A stretch of 63,662 bases of DNA, counting the filler. It is 5 parts of 5 records of this genome, joined end to end, with 100 filler letters (N's around TTAATTAATTAA, not from the genome) between each part and the next. Parts side by side here need not be neighbours in the genome. Positions count along the whole stretch, not along the records: positions 1 to 26,646 come from SRR20825006_2941; 4 more parts are not named here. One strand, 5' to 3'. The translations under genes and the position numbers were made by a program. The notes beneath the pieces were generated by a model. It was not told the origin of the DNA. It searched no databases and worked only from the letters and a program-made list of their open reading frames with translations. Positions 1 to 8,318 of this stretch are shown piece by piece (position 1 is the stretch's first letter; every line of letters starts with the position of its first letter).

Positions 1-124
1 CTGTGGAAACTGTAACCGTTACTTCTGGCGTAGTTGGATCATCGCCGTCTTTTGAACAAGAAGTGAGTATAAAAAATGAAACAAAAAGTAAAATTGAAAA
101 CCGATATTTTTGTGAGGTGCACAT
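1..124 (-). CDS. Lipoprotein, N-terminal part only (runs off window start)
   Basis: Manual translation MCTSQKYRFSILLFVSFFILTSCSKDGDDPTTPEVTVTVST...: hydrophobic stretch, lipobox LTS-C, then SKDGDD (Bacteroidetes surface-lipoprotein-like). Not in the ORF track. Confidence 0.75.
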   Translation of the reverse strand, partial: MCTSQKYRFSILLFVSFFILTSCSKDGDDPTTPEVTVTVST

Positions 125-218
125 TATTAAAGAAATGTTAAAGTTTTAATTGTTCAAATATAAAAAATCTGGTTACTAAAGCAACAGGATTTTTTTGATA
201 AAATAAGAAGGGCTATTT

Positions 219-321
219 CTACTAATAATAAGTAAACCTTCTAACCTGGGCACTATATGTCGCCAAACGAGTTACACGATGTAGTTGTTGCAAATTCAAG
301 GTTTGAAACTACCAAAGATCC
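219..321 (-). pseudogene. Decayed, internally deleted duplicate of the gap 3' end
   Basis: 219-275 matches 1910-1966 at 51/57 nt (first 30 nt identical). 287-321 matches 2193-2227 at 32/35 nt. Translates to GSLVVSNLEFATT and VTRLATYSAQVRRFTYY*, versus GSLVVLNLEFATPT and VIRLAKYIAQVRRFTYY* in the intact gene. Confidence 0.9.
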
Positions 322-431
322 TTTTTAAAAAAGTAGGAAAACAACCACAGTGAAAATGGGGGATTTCCCTCTTGTTTGCTATTGTTTTTTTTATAAACCT
401 TGTTAGAAAGTAACCCTTAAAATTTTAACCA

Positions 432-920
432 ATGAGCAACACAAACCAAAACTTACTAAACCAGACCCTTGCAGATCTGGAAGTTACCGAAATTATGAAT
501 GCCTTAAACACTGCGGCCGCTGCTTTTCCAGACGCTACGCTTAACGATGAGCAACGCCGTAACCTAAACGCTATAAGTGTAGATAACAAGGTATTTGCAG
601 AAGAGATGCTAGACGAGATGAACACCAACCCCAATCTAGCCGTTAACGCCACCTACAATTTGGAGTTTTTGGCAAACGACCTTCAGCTTTTTGAACAGGT
701 AGAAACCATTATAAGCCGTATGATGGATATGCTACAGCGGCTTGAAGACGTAAAGCGCCTTGCGGGTCACGAAGCCTATGGCATGGCCACGGGAGCCTAC
801 GGCCTGCTTGAAGTTATGGCGCGCACAGGCGTACCCGGCGCACAGGCAAGTTTTGATAGGCTTAAGGTGCGTTTTGCGGGGCAAGGAGGCAGAAACCCCG
901 CGCCACCAATGGAGGGATAG
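432..920 (+). CDS. Hypothetical 162-aa predicted alpha-helical protein
   Basis: Clean ORF with an AT-rich initiation region, followed by a terminator. Resembles from memory a Bacteroidetes hypothetical family (L..EQRR.L..I...NK.F...; G.EAY..A...Y......A...VPGA...D.LK.RF). No function assignable. Confidence 0.8.
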   Translation: MSNTNQNLLNQTLADLEVTEIMNALNTAAAAFPDATLNDEQRRNLNAISVDNKVFAEEMLDEMNTNPNLAVNATYNLEFLANDLQLFEQVETIISRMMDMLQRLEDVKRLAGHEAYGMATGAYGLLEVMARTGVPGAQASFDRLKVRFAGQGGRNPAPPMEG

Positions 921-928
921 GGTTTAGG

Positions 929-957
929 AAATACAGGTAGCAATACCTGTATTTTTT
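929..957 (+). terminator. Rho-independent terminator
   Basis: AAATACAGGTA-GCAA-TACCTGTATTT-TTT: perfect 11-bp stem, GNRA loop and T tail, 8 nt after the ORF stop. Confidence 0.85.
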
Positions 958-973
958 AGAATATTAGGCAGCT

Positions 974-1204
974 GTCTAATAAAATAATATAACAGTCAAA
1001 TTAAACTAACTAGTTGTCTACTAAAATTTAATAGTTGTCTCATACTATAGTGTATAGCTCTAATTTAATACTAAATTAATCTAATAAAATAGGAGCGTAG
1101 TCTCATAAAATAGCATCGTAATTAAATTTAATAGTATACCAATCTAATAAAACAGGATAATAGTCTAATTAAATATCATAACAGTCTAATTAAATTCTAT
1201 AATG
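974..1204. repeat. Non-coding tandem array, 11 x 21 bp, consensus GTCTAATWAAATANNATANYA
   Basis: Units start at 974, 995, 1016, 1037, 1058, 1079, 1100, 1121, 1142, 1163 and 1184 with no indels. Columns 2, 7 and 11 are invariant. Stop codons occur in the frames checked and no ORF is listed across it. Confidence 0.9.
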
Positions 1205-1561
1205 ATGAAAACAAAATACCTCCAAAAGAACACCTCGCCCCATTTGGGAAAATTGCTTAAAGACCATATTATAAAGCATAGCGTTTATAGAAGTTCGCTG
1301 TCCCGTTATATGGAGCGCCAACCTTCCACCATTGAGTATTACCTAAAACAGCCCACACTGCAAACAGCCTTACTCTGGGAACTAAGCACCGCCCTAAAAC
1401 ACAACTTTTTTAAAGACCTCGCCGCCCAGCTGCCAGCAGATTTTACCACCAATGCCCCAGACACTACCCTGCCGTTTCAGGAGCGTATTGCTGCGCTGGA
1501 GCAGGAAGCAAAGTTAACGAATGCCAAGCTAGAAGAGCTTAGGGCAGTGGTGCGGAAATAG
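1202..1561 (+). CDS. XRE/Cro-like helix-turn-helix protein with C-terminal coiled coil
   Basis: HLGKLLK...SLSRYMERQPSTIEYYL...LWELSTALKHNFF fits an XRE-type HTH. The heptad-like tail is RIAALEQEAKLTNAKLEELR. Confidence 0.7.
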   Translation: MMKTKYLQKNTSPHLGKLLKDHIIKHSVYRSSLSRYMERQPSTIEYYLKQPTLQTALLWELSTALKHNFFKDLAAQLPADFTTNAPDTTLPFQERIAALEQEAKLTNAKLEELRAVVRK

Positions 1562-1611
1562 TTGGGTTTTTATGTTATATTTGGATGATTAAGTAACTGA
1601 AAAACAATAAT

Positions 1612-1776
1612 TTGAAATATTTTTTGTTTCTTGATGAAAGTGGAGATCACGGTTTAAAAACTATCGACCAAATTCGAACAATAGACAAATCAAGAATAAT
1701 AAAGGAATATCCCCGACTATCTAAATCGGAAATCCAAAAATGTAAAGATATTATTCGAGAAACATTCGTGGATTAA
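1612..1776 (+). pseudogene. 54-aa chimeric ORF: DUF3800-like N-terminus fused to a PemK/MazF-like C-terminus
   Basis: TTG start; MKYFLFLDESGDHGLKTID + QIRTIDKSRIIKEYPRLSKSEIQKCKDIIRETFVD*. A TATATTTG -7 promoter element lies at 1576-1583. Confidence 0.7.
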
Positions 1777-1860
1777 AATTTCTAAACAAACTCGGAAAAA
1801 GCATTAATGAAAGTACCGTGTTCAAACACAAATCCACTACCAATACACAAAACAGAATAA

Positions 1861-1892
1861 AAAAAATCCCGCTATTTTCAGAGCGGGATTTT
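1861..1892. terminator. Probably bidirectional terminator downstream of gap
   Basis: AAAATCCCGCT-ATTTTCAG-AGCGGGATTTT inverted repeat flanked by A and T runs. Confidence 0.8.
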
Positions 1893-1912
1893 GTATGTAT
1901 AGGTGGTTACTA

Positions 1913-3361
1913 CTAATAATAAGTAAACCTTCTAACCTGTGCAATGTATTTTGCCAAACGAATTACTTGGTGGCTATAGCCATATTCGTTATCATACCAT
2001 ACATAAAGCACTACGTTTTTACCGTCTTCAGTTACAATAGTTGCATTACTGTCGTAAATAGAAGGGGCAGAAGAACCAACAATATCGCTAGAAACAAGCT
2101 CGTTGCTCATAGAGTATTTAATTTGTTCTACTAAATCGCCTTCCAATGCATATTTTTTCATTGTAGCGTTAATTCCATCTACCGTAGTTGGGGTTGCAAA
2201 TTCAAGATTTAAAACTACCAAAGACCCGTTTGGAACCGGAACACGAATCGCGTTGCTAGTAAGTTTGCCAGCCAAAACAGGCAATGCTTTTGCAACAGCA
2301 CTTCCAGCGCCAGTTTCTGTAATTACCATATTTAATGCTGCAGCACGACCACGACGGTATTTGCTGTGCATATTATCTACCAAATTCTGGTCGTTTGTAT
2401 ATGCGTGAATTGTTTCCAAATGTCCACGAACCACACCGAATGAATCTTCAACAGCTTTCAGAATAGGAGTGATGGCGTTTGTAGTACACGAAGCTGCAGA
2501 AAAAATATCGACCGTATTTGGGTCGTATTCGTTTTGGTTTACACCGTGCACGATGTTTGGCACTCCTTTTCCAGGAGCAGTAAGCAATACTTTTGAAGCA
2601 CCTTTGGCTTTTAAGTGTCTGCTTAACTCTTTATCATCACGGAAAGCACCCGTATTATCAATTACCAAAGCATCTTCGATACCGTATTTAGTATAATCAA
2701 TTTCTTCCGGATTGTTTGCTGAAATAATATGAACCGTAGTTCCATTAATAATTAAAGCACTGTTTTCAAGGTCTGTGCGAACAGTTCCAGGAAAATCTCC
2801 GTGTACAGAATCATTTTGAAGCAAGGAAGCTCTTTTGTCTAAAACGGTTTGATCCATCTTTCCACGTACTACAATTGCACGAAGGCGAAGTTGGTTTCCT
2901 TGGCCAGTTCTAGTCATAAGTTCACGAGCCAACAAACGGCCAATACGTCCAAAACCATAAAGAACTACATCTTTTGGTACTAGGCTTTTGGTTTCTTTAG
3001 CTTCTTTTAATTTATCTGAAACAAATGCTAATGCGTTTGAATATTTATCGTCTTCCAAGTGAAACTCATAGGTAAGTTTACCAATGTCTAGTTTTGCTGG
3101 AGGAAGATCCAGAGTTTTGATAGCCTGTGCAATTTCAACAGAATCGAAGATTGAGATAGGCTTTTGTACGAATTCGCCAGCATATTCGTGAAGGTTTAAA
3201 ATTTCACTCACATTGCGGTCGATAAGTTGGTTACGGAAAAGTACCAATTCAATGGACTTGTCGTACCAAAGGTCGCTAATGATTTTAATAAATTCTACTG
3301 AGGCTTTCCTGCGGTCAGTTTGAAAGGACAGTTCTTTTTCATAAACGTCATCAAAACTCAT
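1913..3361 (-). CDS. gap: Glyceraldehyde-3-phosphate dehydrogenase, long form with N-terminal extension
   Basis: GFGRIGR, SAASCTTN catalytic Cys, RVPVPNGS and WYDNEYGY motifs. Confidence 0.95.
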   Translation of the reverse strand: MSFDDVYEKELSFQTDRRKASVEFIKIISDLWYDKSIELVLFRNQLIDRNVSEILNLHEYAGEFVQKPISIFDSVEIAQAIKTLDLPPAKLDIGKLTYEFHLEDDKYSNALAFVSDKLKEAKETKSLVPKDVVLYGFGRIGRLLARELMTRTGQGNQLRLRAIVVRGKMDQTVLDKRASLLQNDSVHGDFPGTVRTDLENSALIINGTTVHIISANNPEEIDYTKYGIEDALVIDNTGAFRDDKELSRHLKAKGASKVLLTAPGKGVPNIVHGVNQNEYDPNTVDIFSAASCTTNAITPILKAVEDSFGVVRGHLETIHAYTNDQNLVDNMHSKYRRGRAAALNMVITETGAGSAVAKALPVLAGKLTSNAIRVPVPNGSLVVLNLEFATPTTVDGINATMKKYALEGDLVEQIKYSMSNELVSSDIVGSSAPSIYDSNATIVTEDGKNVVLYVWYDNEYGYSHQVIRLAKYIAQVRRFTYY

Positions 3362-3440
3362 AAGGATGGATTTTTAAGGGTTTAAATTTCGTGCAAAAAT
3401 ACTTATTTCTATCGGTGTGGGGAAATAATTATTGAAAATA

Positions 3441-3474
3441 AAAACACCGCTGAAAGTTTTGATTTTCAGCGGTG
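3441..3474 (-). terminator. Terminator after htrA
   Basis: CACCGCTGAAA...TTTCAGCGGTG stem, followed on the minus strand by a T run. Confidence 0.7.
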
Positions 3475-3498
3475 CCTTAAACAATACGATTGTTTATT

Positions 3499-4887
3499 TT
3501 ACCTAAAAATGAATGAATTTATGGTGCCAGCAGTGTCCATAAAAGTCATTTTTATTGGACTTCGAGAATTCCGTTGCGCCATAATTCGCTTTACATCACT
3601 GATGTCATTAATAGTTTCATCATTTATTTTTGTAATGATAATTCCTTCCAGTTTGTATTGTGCCATATCGGGTGTTAACGCACGTGTTACGGTAACTCCA
3701 TTGTTTAATCCACGTTCTTTTAGCTCTGCGGAAGTAATATTTTTTACTTCCAGCCCTAAATCATCGATTGAAAATGTTTCCAATTTTACAAGTGTTACAG
3801 GAATTGTTTTTTCATTGCCGTCTCGAATTAAGGTTACTTCAACCACATCATTCGGTCTTTTTGAACCTAAATACCCCGCTAAATCAGCAAATTTATTTAC
3901 TGGAACACCATCAAGCTGTTTTATAATATCACCTTGCTTTATTCCGCCTTTATCTGCTCCGCTTCCTTTTTCAATGCCACCTACATATACTCCTTGGGTT
4001 TCATTAACACCTAGTTTTTCGGCTAAATCTGAATTTAAATTTCCTACTTGAATTCCTAAAATACCACGTTGTACGTTTCCATATTCTAGAATATCTTCAA
4101 TTACTTTTCGGGCGTTATTTGAAGGTACCGCAAACGAATACCCAACATAGCTTCCAGTTTCAGAAGTAATGGCAGTATTAATACCAATAAGTTCTCCACG
4201 CGTGTTTACTAATGCCCCGCCACTGTTTCCGCGGTTTACAGCAGCATCTGTTTGAATAAATGATTGTGGATTGCCGTCAAATTGATTCAAATCGCGTGCT
4301 TTCGCACTAATAATTCCAGCAGTAACTGTTGAGGTTAGGTTGAAGGGATTTCCAACAGCCAAAACCCATTCGCCAATTTTCACATTGTTTGAATCGCCAA
4401 AAGGGATAAAAGGAAACTCTTCTTCGCCTTCAATTTTAATAAGCGCAATATCAGTAGCTGGGTCTGTACCAATTAATTTTGCTGTATATGTTTTGTTGTT
4501 ATTTAAGGTAACACTCAGGTTTGCTGCATTCGCAATAACGTGATTGTTGGTAACAATGTAACCGTCTGGAGAAATAATCACGCCACTTCCGCTACCAACC
4601 GTTGCCCGTGGTTGACCGCCACCGTGAAAAAATTCCATAATATTTGTGGGCTGTCTACTAACCGTTGTGTTTTTTACGTGAACCACCGCATGAACGCTTT
4701 TATCTGCTGCATCAATAAAATCGGTATTCATTTCGGCTGCATTCGAAGAAAAATTTGTAGGAATAAAGCTTGAAGCTTTTTCTGGAGCAAAGGAAATTTG
4801 TTCCTTGTTTTCGAAAAATTTGTAGCCACCAAGTGTTATTGCTCCTGCAAACAGGGCTACCAGAAATAAACGGATTGTTTGTTTCAT
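3499..4887 (-). CDS. htrA: HtrA/DegP-family serine protease with PDZ domains
   Basis: GSGVIIS, TNNHV, DIALIK and GNSGG (catalytic triad), plus C-terminal PDZ-like regions. Confidence 0.92.
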   Translation of the reverse strand: MKQTIRLFLVALFAGAITLGGYKFFENKEQISFAPEKASSFIPTNFSSNAAEMNTDFIDAADKSVHAVVHVKNTTVSRQPTNIMEFFHGGGQPRATVGSGSGVIISPDGYIVTNNHVIANAANLSVTLNNNKTYTAKLIGTDPATDIALIKIEGEEEFPFIPFGDSNNVKIGEWVLAVGNPFNLTSTVTAGIISAKARDLNQFDGNPQSFIQTDAAVNRGNSGGALVNTRGELIGINTAITSETGSYVGYSFAVPSNNARKVIEDILEYGNVQRGILGIQVGNLNSDLAEKLGVNETQGVYVGGIEKGSGADKGGIKQGDIIKQLDGVPVNKFADLAGYLGSKRPNDVVEVTLIRDGNEKTIPVTLVKLETFSIDDLGLEVKNITSAELKERGLNNGVTVTRALTPDMAQYKLEGIIITKINDETINDISDVKRIMAQRNSRSPIKMTFMDTAGTINSFIFR

Positions 4888-5139
4888 TGTGTGAAATTTT
4901 TAATTAATATTAATTTAAAATAGTTCAAAAAATTTTTCATCCTTAAACTGATTTAAGAATTTTTATTCCTGAGAAAGACGGAGAAAAAAATTCTTTTTGT
5001 AGAAATATTCATTTAATACTCCTACAAATTTAACAAGGATAGCCCGAAAAAAGTATGCCAAAAACCTGTATTTAACTTGTATTTAACGTGAAAACTTTCA
5101 GCAAACTCCTGCTGGGTTTTTTTATATCTTTGCGCACTT

Positions 5140-5913
5140 ATGGATTTCACTTTTTATAAATACCAAGGTACAGGCAACGATTTTGTGCTAATAGATAATC
5201 GGGAAGATTTTTTTCCGAAGAAAGACACAGCACTTGTTGCTAAAATTTGCGACCGACGTTTTGGCGTAGGAGCAGATGGGTTGATTTTATTGGAAAATCA
5301 TCCTTCGGCAGACTTCAAAATGGTTTATTATAATAGTGATGGTAACCTAAGCACGATGTGTGGAAATGGTGGGAGGTGTATTTCACATTTTGCGAAATTT
5401 CTAAATATTATTTCAGAAAAGGCAACTTTTGAAGCTGTTGATGGGATGCATGAAACCACAGTAAAAGAGGATTGGGTTTCTTTAAAAATGAACGATGTAG
5501 CGAAAGTAAATGTTTTTGAAAGTCATACTTTTTTGAACACAGGTTCACCACATCATGTTGCGCTAGTTTCCAACCTTCAAGAATTTAATGTTTTTGATAC
5601 TGGAAAAACAATTCGCAATACAACCTACGGAAAAGAAGGTTCTAATATTAATTTTGTGGAGCGGGAAGGTGATGCCGTGTTTGCTGTAAGAACCTATGAG
5701 CGCGGTGTGGAAGACGAAACTTTTTCTTGTGGCACAGGCGTAACTGCGGTTGCCATTGCCATGTTTGAAACTGGTAAAACTTCACAAAATAAAGTAACCC
5801 TTAAAACGCCAGGAGGAACATTGCAAGTACGTTTTGAAAAAGAAGCTGATTGCTATAAAAATGTCTATTTAGAAGGGCCTGCAACACAAGTTTTTAAAGG
5901 AATTTGGAAATGA
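5140..5913 (+). CDS. dapF: Diaminopimelate epimerase
   Basis: GTGNDF, MCGNGGRC, TGSPH and ERG...SCGTG motifs. Confidence 0.95.
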   Translation: MDFTFYKYQGTGNDFVLIDNREDFFPKKDTALVAKICDRRFGVGADGLILLENHPSADFKMVYYNSDGNLSTMCGNGGRCISHFAKFLNIISEKATFEAVDGMHETTVKEDWVSLKMNDVAKVNVFESHTFLNTGSPHHVALVSNLQEFNVFDTGKTIRNTTYGKEGSNINFVEREGDAVFAVRTYERGVEDETFSCGTGVTAVAIAMFETGKTSQNKVTLKTPGGTLQVRFEKEADCYKNVYLEGPATQVFKGIWK

Positions 5914-6434
5914 GAACTTTAAAAGGAGAAAACATATTTCTGCGTGCTTTGGAACCTACAGATTTGGAGTTTTTATACCAATTGGAAAACGACGAATCCC
6001 TTTGGGAAGTTAGTAATACCACAACTCCATATTCTAAATTTATTCTATCGCAGTATTTAGAAAATAGCCACCGCGATATTTATGATGTTAAACAGCTACG
6101 TTTGGTAATTTGCATAAATGGGAGTGAAACTGTTGTTGGGTTGATAGATCTTTTTGATTTTGACCCCAAACACAATAGAGTAGGTGTTGGTATTGTGGTT
6201 TTTTCTGAAGAAGATAAACGAAAAGGTTTTGCTTCGGAAGCATTAGAAATTACTTGTAATTATGCTTTTTCACATTTGAATGTGCATAGTGTTTATGCAG
6301 GTATTTCGGAAGAAAATAACCCCAGTTTAATGCTTTTTGAAAAAGCAGGCTTTGAGAGAAGTGGTTTAAAAAAAGATTGGATTTTTTCCGAAGGAAAGTA
6401 TAAAAGTGAATATTTGTATCAGTTGATACGTTAG
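5910..6434 (+). CDS. GNAT acetyltransferase (RimJ/RimL type)
   Basis: LRALE, RKGFASEAL and N..S..LFEKAGF motifs; ATGA overlap with dapF. Confidence 0.85.
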   Translation: MRTLKGENIFLRALEPTDLEFLYQLENDESLWEVSNTTTPYSKFILSQYLENSHRDIYDVKQLRLVICINGSETVVGLIDLFDFDPKHNRVGVGIVVFSEEDKRKGFASEALEITCNYAFSHLNVHSVYAGISEENNPSLMLFEKAGFERSGLKKDWIFSEGKYKSEYLYQLIR

Positions 6435-6463
6435 TTTTTAATTCAGAATTTAGTATTTAAAGA

Positions 6464-7507
6464 ATGTATATAAAAAAGATATTTTTAATCGTTGTTTTGC
6501 TTGGCGCAGTTGGTATGGGTGGTTTTGCGTGGTATGTGTATAACACTGCATTTTCAGATAACACCGCTTTTAATAATAAGGAAGCCCATGTTTTTATTCC
6601 AACAAATGCCACAATAAATGATGTTGTTGCTGAATTAGAGCCGCTTTTAAAAGATACAGAGTCATTTTATGCAATTGCAACTCAAAAAAAGTATACTTCA
6701 AATGTAAAACCTGGTCATTTTATTATTACCAAAGGAATGACGAATAACGATATTGTAAATGCGTTACGAAGTAAAAACATTCCAATAAATATAAAATTCA
6801 ATAACCAAGAGCGTTTAGAGAATTTAGCGGGACATATAGCGCAGCAGATAGAAGCTGATAGTTTAACGCTTTTAGATGCAATGCGCGACCCTCATTTTTT
6901 GCAGGAAGTAGGGTTAAATGAGGATACGGCACTTTCGCTTTATATTCCAAATACCTATGAGTTTTATTGGAATAGTTCTGCCGAAACATTCCGTGACCGT
7001 ATGAAAAACGAATACGAACGATTTTGGAACGAATCTAGAATTCAAAAAGCAAAAAAGCTAAAACTTACTAAAGAGCAAGTAATGGCGTTGGCTGCAATTG
7101 TTCAAAAAGAAACTGCTAAAGTTGATGAACGTCCTCGAGTGGCTGGTGTTTATTTAAATAGGTTAAAAGTAGGGATGTTATTACAAGCAGATCCAACAGT
7201 TATTTATGCGCTAAAACGTGAAAGTGGCGATTTCGATCAAGTTATTAAAAGAGTTCTATATAAAGATTTGGAATTGGACTCACCTTATAATACCTATAAA
7301 TATGCGGGTGTCCCTCCTGGGCCGATAGCTATGCCAGATATTTCATCAATTGATGCGGTATTAAATCCTGAGCAACACGATTACTACTATTTTGTCGCTG
7401 ATGTTACCAATTTTGGGTATCATAAATTCGCCAAATCACTTTCTCAGCATAATGCTAATAAAGTGGAATATGTGCGTTGGGTAAATAGTCAAGGCTTAAA
7501 TAGGTAA
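6464..7507 (+). CDS. mltG: Endolytic transglycosylase MltG
   Basis: N-terminal TM segment; AIVQKET, LQADPT and SPYNTY...PPGPI motifs. Confidence 0.93.
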   Translation: MYIKKIFLIVVLLGAVGMGGFAWYVYNTAFSDNTAFNNKEAHVFIPTNATINDVVAELEPLLKDTESFYAIATQKKYTSNVKPGHFIITKGMTNNDIVNALRSKNIPINIKFNNQERLENLAGHIAQQIEADSLTLLDAMRDPHFLQEVGLNEDTALSLYIPNTYEFYWNSSAETFRDRMKNEYERFWNESRIQKAKKLKLTKEQVMALAAIVQKETAKVDERPRVAGVYLNRLKVGMLLQADPTVIYALKRESGDFDQVIKRVLYKDLELDSPYNTYKYAGVPPGPIAMPDISSIDAVLNPEQHDYYYFVADVTNFGYHKFAKSLSQHNANKVEYVRWVNSQGLNR

Positions 7508-7664
7508 TATTTTATTTTTTTAAAACAGCTGTAAACACCCTAAATATAAGGGTTGCTTTTTCTTTCACAATAATTTAACACCCTGTAAATCAATTTATTA
7601 AAAAAATATGTATCTTTGCGCGCTGAAAAGAAGTTGTAGGAATACAACTAAATTTTAATAATAA

Positions 7665-8315
7665 ATGAAAAAAAGAATATCTTTAATTGCAGTTTTACTT
7701 GTTGTTACCATAGTGGTAGGGACGGGTTTTAATACAAAAGAAGGTTACGACTTTTCTGCGTATAGCACAGAAGGGTTAGAGTTGGATTATAATGTGCCAA
7801 CAGAAGCTGAACACATTGCTACATTTACGGCTCCTATTACGCCAAAGTTTTATTTGTTTTTAGGAAAATCATATGTAGGTTTTAAAGAAGCATTAGGTTT
7901 TAAAGAATCAAGAGGGGATTATAATATTGTGAATGATTACGGATATATGGGAAAATATCAGTTTTCAAGAGCAACCCTTAGAATGATGGGGCTTAAAAAT
8001 ACAGATGAGTTTCTAGACAATACACTGCAACAGGAAGCAGCTTTTTTAGCATATACTTCGCTTAACAAGTGGGTTCTTAGAAAAGATATTAAGCGTTATT
8101 CTGGTAAAACAATTGCAGGTATTAAAGTTACTGAATCTGGAATTTTAGCAGCTGCACATTTGGCTGGACCAGGAAATGTAAAAAAATTTCTTAGAAGTGC
8201 TGGTGAAAATAGATTTGAAGATGCAAATGGTACTTCCATTCGTTACTACTTAAGAAAATTTTCAGGTTATGATACTTCCCATATTGTACCTAATAGAAAA
8301 CCAAGGTTAATGTAA
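7665..8315 (+). CDS. Secreted lysozyme/transglycosylase-like protein
   Basis: Signal peptide; LGFKES (putative catalytic Glu), GYMGKYQF and AAAHLAGPG motifs. Confidence 0.6.
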   Translation: MKKRISLIAVLLVVTIVVGTGFNTKEGYDFSAYSTEGLELDYNVPTEAEHIATFTAPITPKFYLFLGKSYVGFKEALGFKESRGDYNIVNDYGYMGKYQFSRATLRMMGLKNTDEFLDNTLQQEAAFLAYTSLNKWVLRKDIKRYSGKTIAGIKVTESGILAAAHLAGPGNVKKFLRSAGENRFEDANGTSIRYYLRKFSGYDTSHIVPNRKPRLM

Positions 8316-8318
8316 TTA

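Noticed and set aside
219-275. gap duplicate as a DGR template/variable repeat pair
   Set aside because: The six mismatches are not adenine-specific in either direction, and no reverse transcriptase is in view.
333-374. GTAGGAAAACAACCAC and GGGGGATTTCCCTC motifs upstream of ORF 432
   Set aside because: Only weak imperfect palindromes; may be regulator sites but cannot be supported from the sequence alone.
974-1204. Array as CRISPR or as a 7-aa-repeat coding region
   Set aside because: No identical repeats with unique 25-40 nt spacers and no cas genes. The best frame (SLIK...) contains many stop codons.
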